Shown piece by piece: positions 61,506-64,000 of a stretch of 64,000 nucleotides of DNA (the first letter of the stretch is position 1; each line of letters starts with the position of its first letter). Location: contig OY970173.1 in NCBI GenBank assembly GCA_963707635.1, positions 736,001 through 800,000 on the forward strand. Reading direction: 5' to 3'. The translations under genes were made by a program, and so were the position numbers. The notes below the pieces were generated by a model. It did not search any database, was not told where the DNA came from, and saw nothing but the letters and a program-made list of their open reading frames with translations. This DNA is from Candidatus Latescibacterota bacterium (lineage in GTDB: Bacteria > Krumholzibacteriota > Krumholzibacteriia > WVZY01 > JAKEHA01).

Positions 61506-62117
61506 ATGCTTCGAATGAAAAGAGTGTTGCCCATGATGCGCCGTCCTCTCCAGATGGCGTGCATCCTCGTGGTCGCGATCGCGACGTCGAGTGCCGCTGC
61601 AACCAATTTTCTCGTGAACGGAACCTTTGACACGGCGGTGCCCGACAATGGCACGGGTGGCGGATGGACATCCGCTACCATATCGACTAGTTACGGCTGG
61701 AATGCTGGCTGGGGAAATCCGGCGCCCGCCTACGTACTCAATCACACCGGGCAGGTCGGAAGCGACCCGAAGATATTTCAGACCGTCGCCGGGCTCGCTC
61801 CGGGCTCGAAGTACGTCATCTACGGGGATTACGATCTTCTTGGCGACACGGGAACTCCGAACAATTCGTTCGAGGTTCGTGTCGATGGCACCGCCATTCT
61901 CTCGATTGGACCGCACCCCGCTGACGTGCCGGGCTATACCGGGCAATTCGCGCAATTCAGCATCGAGTTCACGGCCACGGCGACGTCGCACCAGATCATG
62001 TTCGCGGCGGAGTGCAACGGTAGCGACCATCACTACCTCGTGGACAACCTGGTCATGGAGACGACCGTCGCGGTCGAATCATCGACCTGGGGCAAAGTGA
62101 AGGCCTTGTACCGCTAG
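61506..62117 (+). CDS. Secreted carbohydrate-binding-like (DUF642-like) protein with C-terminal TWGxxKALY motif
   Basis: GGAGG RBS; signal peptide; NFLVNGTFD...EFTATATS...VDNL; ends VESSTWGKVKALYR. Confidence 0.75.
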   Translation: MLRMKRVLPMMRRPLQMACILVVAIATSSAAATNFLVNGTFDTAVPDNGTGGGWTSATISTSYGWNAGWGNPAPAYVLNHTGQVGSDPKIFQTVAGLAPGSKYVIYGDYDLLGDTGTPNNSFEVRVDGTAILSIGPHPADVPGYTGQFAQFSIEFTATATSHQIMFAAECNGSDHHYLVDNLVMETTVAVESSTWGKVKALYR

Positions 62118-62220
62118 TTTTCCGAACCACCGGGAGGACGGCGGCGCGTGCAGTGTTCGCCCCTGCGCGCCGCCGTCCAAATGGTGTCTGCAGAGCGCTT
62201 CGTCAGGCTCACTCGATAAC

Positions 62221-62328
62221 ATTCGGGCAGTCTCCCCGGGCACGTATCAGGAATCGAGTTGGCGTGATGATCTACACCCACGTCCTGAACAAGGGCGGGC
62301 TTGGGTGAAGAGCCCCCTGGATCGGTGA
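62221..62328 (+). pseudogene. intI: C-terminal remnant of an integron integrase (IntI-like tyrosine recombinase)
   Basis: IRAV..LPGH..MIYTHVLNKGGLG/VKSPLDR* with a 1-nt deletion near 62305; matches the IntI ending IYTHVLNRGGxGVxSPLD including the catalytic Tyr. Confidence 0.75.
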
Positions 62329-62334
62329 CGTCGA

Positions 62335-62488
62335 ATGCCACGCAGCGTTTCTCTTGTTAGGTTGCGGGTTACGCAGTACTATCTGCAGGCTGCGAGCCGA
62401 ATCGACGGCCCGGTCAGACATTATGATGCAGCCTATGTAGTTAGGCTGCGGGCAGACAGCCGTGCAAGATCGATAGAAGACTCGTTAG
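62335..62488 (+). repeat. 154-bp attI-like element, copy 1
   Basis: Ungapped imperfect repeat of 63659-63812; ends GATAGAAGACTCGTTAG; directly follows the intI remnant. Confidence 0.75.
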
Positions 62489-62692
62489 TCACATTGACAA
62501 TAAGGAAGACGAGAATAATTCGGTTTCTCGCGATCACGGTCTGTTCGCGAGTTCTTGCCGGCAAAGCGTTCAGTCGCTAGAGTTGGATGCGGTGTCCACC
62601 CTGACGAACAAGATCGTGATTGCGCGATAGGCGCTCGTTCAGCAAGCGGTGAGCTATCGCGGGGGCCACTCGACGATTGCGGGCGCCGATGT

Positions 62693-63545
62693 CTATCTCA
62701 CCGTCACCACACAACGAAATCCGAGGTTGAACTCGCGAATGCCGGGCGGTTTGGGGGCGCGGTAGGACGACACCAGTCGGCCGGGAGCACCTTGGTTGAA
62801 CGACGCACCCCGTATAACGCGCGTTTCTCGCTCGGCGTTATACCAATCGCTGCACCACTCCCAGACATTTCCTCCCAGGTCATGGATTCCGAGCCGATTG
62901 ACGGTGTAGCCGCCCACCCTGGCCGTGAACATGACGCCGTCGGTATAGCCGTTGATCGTCCCAGACCAACCATCCCCTTCGCCTGAATAGTTTCCGCTTC
63001 CTTTTGGTGGCGGATACCCGGATCCCCAGGGATAAACATCTTCTATCTTCCTGTCTTTGTCCTCGGGGGTTGCTCCTGATTCGGCTGACAAACCCACCGC
63101 CCGGCTCCATTCTGCATCCGTGGGCAAGCGGAACTCTTGTCTCGCCGACAGCTTTCCCGCCGCTCGCTCTTTCTCCGTCAGCCACCGGCAGAATGCCTCG
63201 GCATCGTTCCAGTTCACGTGGGTAACCGGATGCAACGGCGTCTGCGAAAATACAGCGTCTGGGTCGGGGTTGAAGCCGCGCGAGGCAACCCCGGGGGCGC
63301 TCCAACCATCGCCCGCGTTGTAGCCTGTCGCCTTCACGAAGGCTTCGAAATCCTGCACCCGCGTCTCCCAGATGCAGAAGAGGACGTTCGTCCCGGGCAC
63401 CAGCACGAACTTCATGCCGAGGGAATTTTCCCACGGCTCACCGGGGCGGAGTGGCAGGCGCCGCATTTTCTTTCCGCGAACCGCCGGCGCATGCGAGAAC
63501 GGCGGCGAAAACAAGCAACGCTGAGCAAACGCGGGGAGCTTTCAT
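62693..63545 (-). CDS. Formylglycine-generating enzyme (SUMF1/EgtB/PvdO) domain protein, apparent frameshift near 63445
   Basis: NSLGMKFV, HPVTHVNWNDAEAFCRWL, RLPTDAEW, DLGGNVWEWC, LGFRC; lipoprotein-like leader MKAPRVCSALLVFAAVLAC in the adjacent frame. Confidence 0.8.
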
Positions 63546-63658
63546 GGGAGAATCAGGTTCCACAGACTTGCCCTTGTCGTAGCCATCAAGCGCGTCGGCC
63601 CCTTTATAGTCCAAGCCCGAATCCTCTTCAACCTTGTTTGCGATGAGCCCGCTCGGGC

Positions 63659-63812
63659 ATGCCACGCAGCGTTCATCTTGTTAGGCAGCAGGTTACGCAC
63701 TACTATCTGCAGACTGCGGGCCGAATCGACGACCCGGTCGAATTTTGTGAAGCAGCCTACGCGGTTGGATTGTGGGCGGGCAGCCGTACAAGCTCGATAG
63801 AAGACTAGTTAG
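63659..63812 (+). repeat. 154-bp attI-like element, copy 2
   Basis: Repeat of 62335-62488; preceded by AGC CCG CTC (SPL); ends GACTAGTTAG(CC) 19 nt before the next ATG. Confidence 0.75.
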
Positions 63813-63831
63813 CCCGCTTCAGGAGCACGTA

Positions 63832-64000
63832 ATGCGACCCCTTCGGTATTCCATCAACGTCACATTGGACGGATGCTGCGATCATCGTGAAGGGGTCGTG
63901 GACGAAGACTTGCATCGTCACGCGGCCGAGAACATCGCGCAGGCCGATGCCCTCCTCTTTGGCCGCGTGACTTACGAAATGATGGAGGCGGCGTGGCGGC
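63832..64000 (+). CDS. Dihydrofolate reductase/RibD C-terminal family protein (3' partial)
   Basis: AGGAG RBS; MRPLRYSINVTLDGCCDH...ADALLFGRVTYEMM. Confidence 0.85.
   Translation, partial: MRPLRYSINVTLDGCCDHREGVVDEDLHRHAAENIAQADALLFGRVTYEMMEAAWR

Noticed and set aside
62335..62580. 81-aa ORF over the 154-bp repeat as a real gene
   Set aside because: The second copy stops after 49 codons and many differences change amino acids; a cis-acting site explains it better.

Overview
High-GC bacterial chromosome segment. C-terminal TWGxxKALY and FlgD-Ig-type tails on secreted proteins suggest a Krumholzibacteriota/Latescibacterota/Eisenbacteria-like organism (inference). The left ~36 kb is mostly housekeeping: c-di-GMP signalling genes, an M16 peptidase, the tilS-hpt-ftsH-folP-cdaA cluster, ilvC, gdhA, pdaD-speB and tRNA-Met/Gln/Glu. 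It also holds a 2.2-kb integrase-less island bounded by a duplicated 5' half of tRNA-Met, a ~210-nt nested hairpin and two paralogous protamine-like peptides. The right ~27 kb is accessory. Its main feature is a comM (YifB/Mg-chelatase-like) gene followed by five more copies of its 3' ~480 bp plus one decayed copy. All five start at the same GAACCC junction, each behind a conserved 32-bp non-comM arm and an IHF-like motif, with unrelated 1.5-5.4 kb cargo (mostly secreted or membrane proteins) between them and no integrase. This reads as an integron-like tandem cassette array that uses comM as its attachment site. Further right are an ECF sigma/anti-sigma/CHAT module and a decayed integron-integrase tail followed by a duplicated 154-bp attI-like element and a DHFR-family cassette-like gene. 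All alignments were done by eye; no database searches were run.
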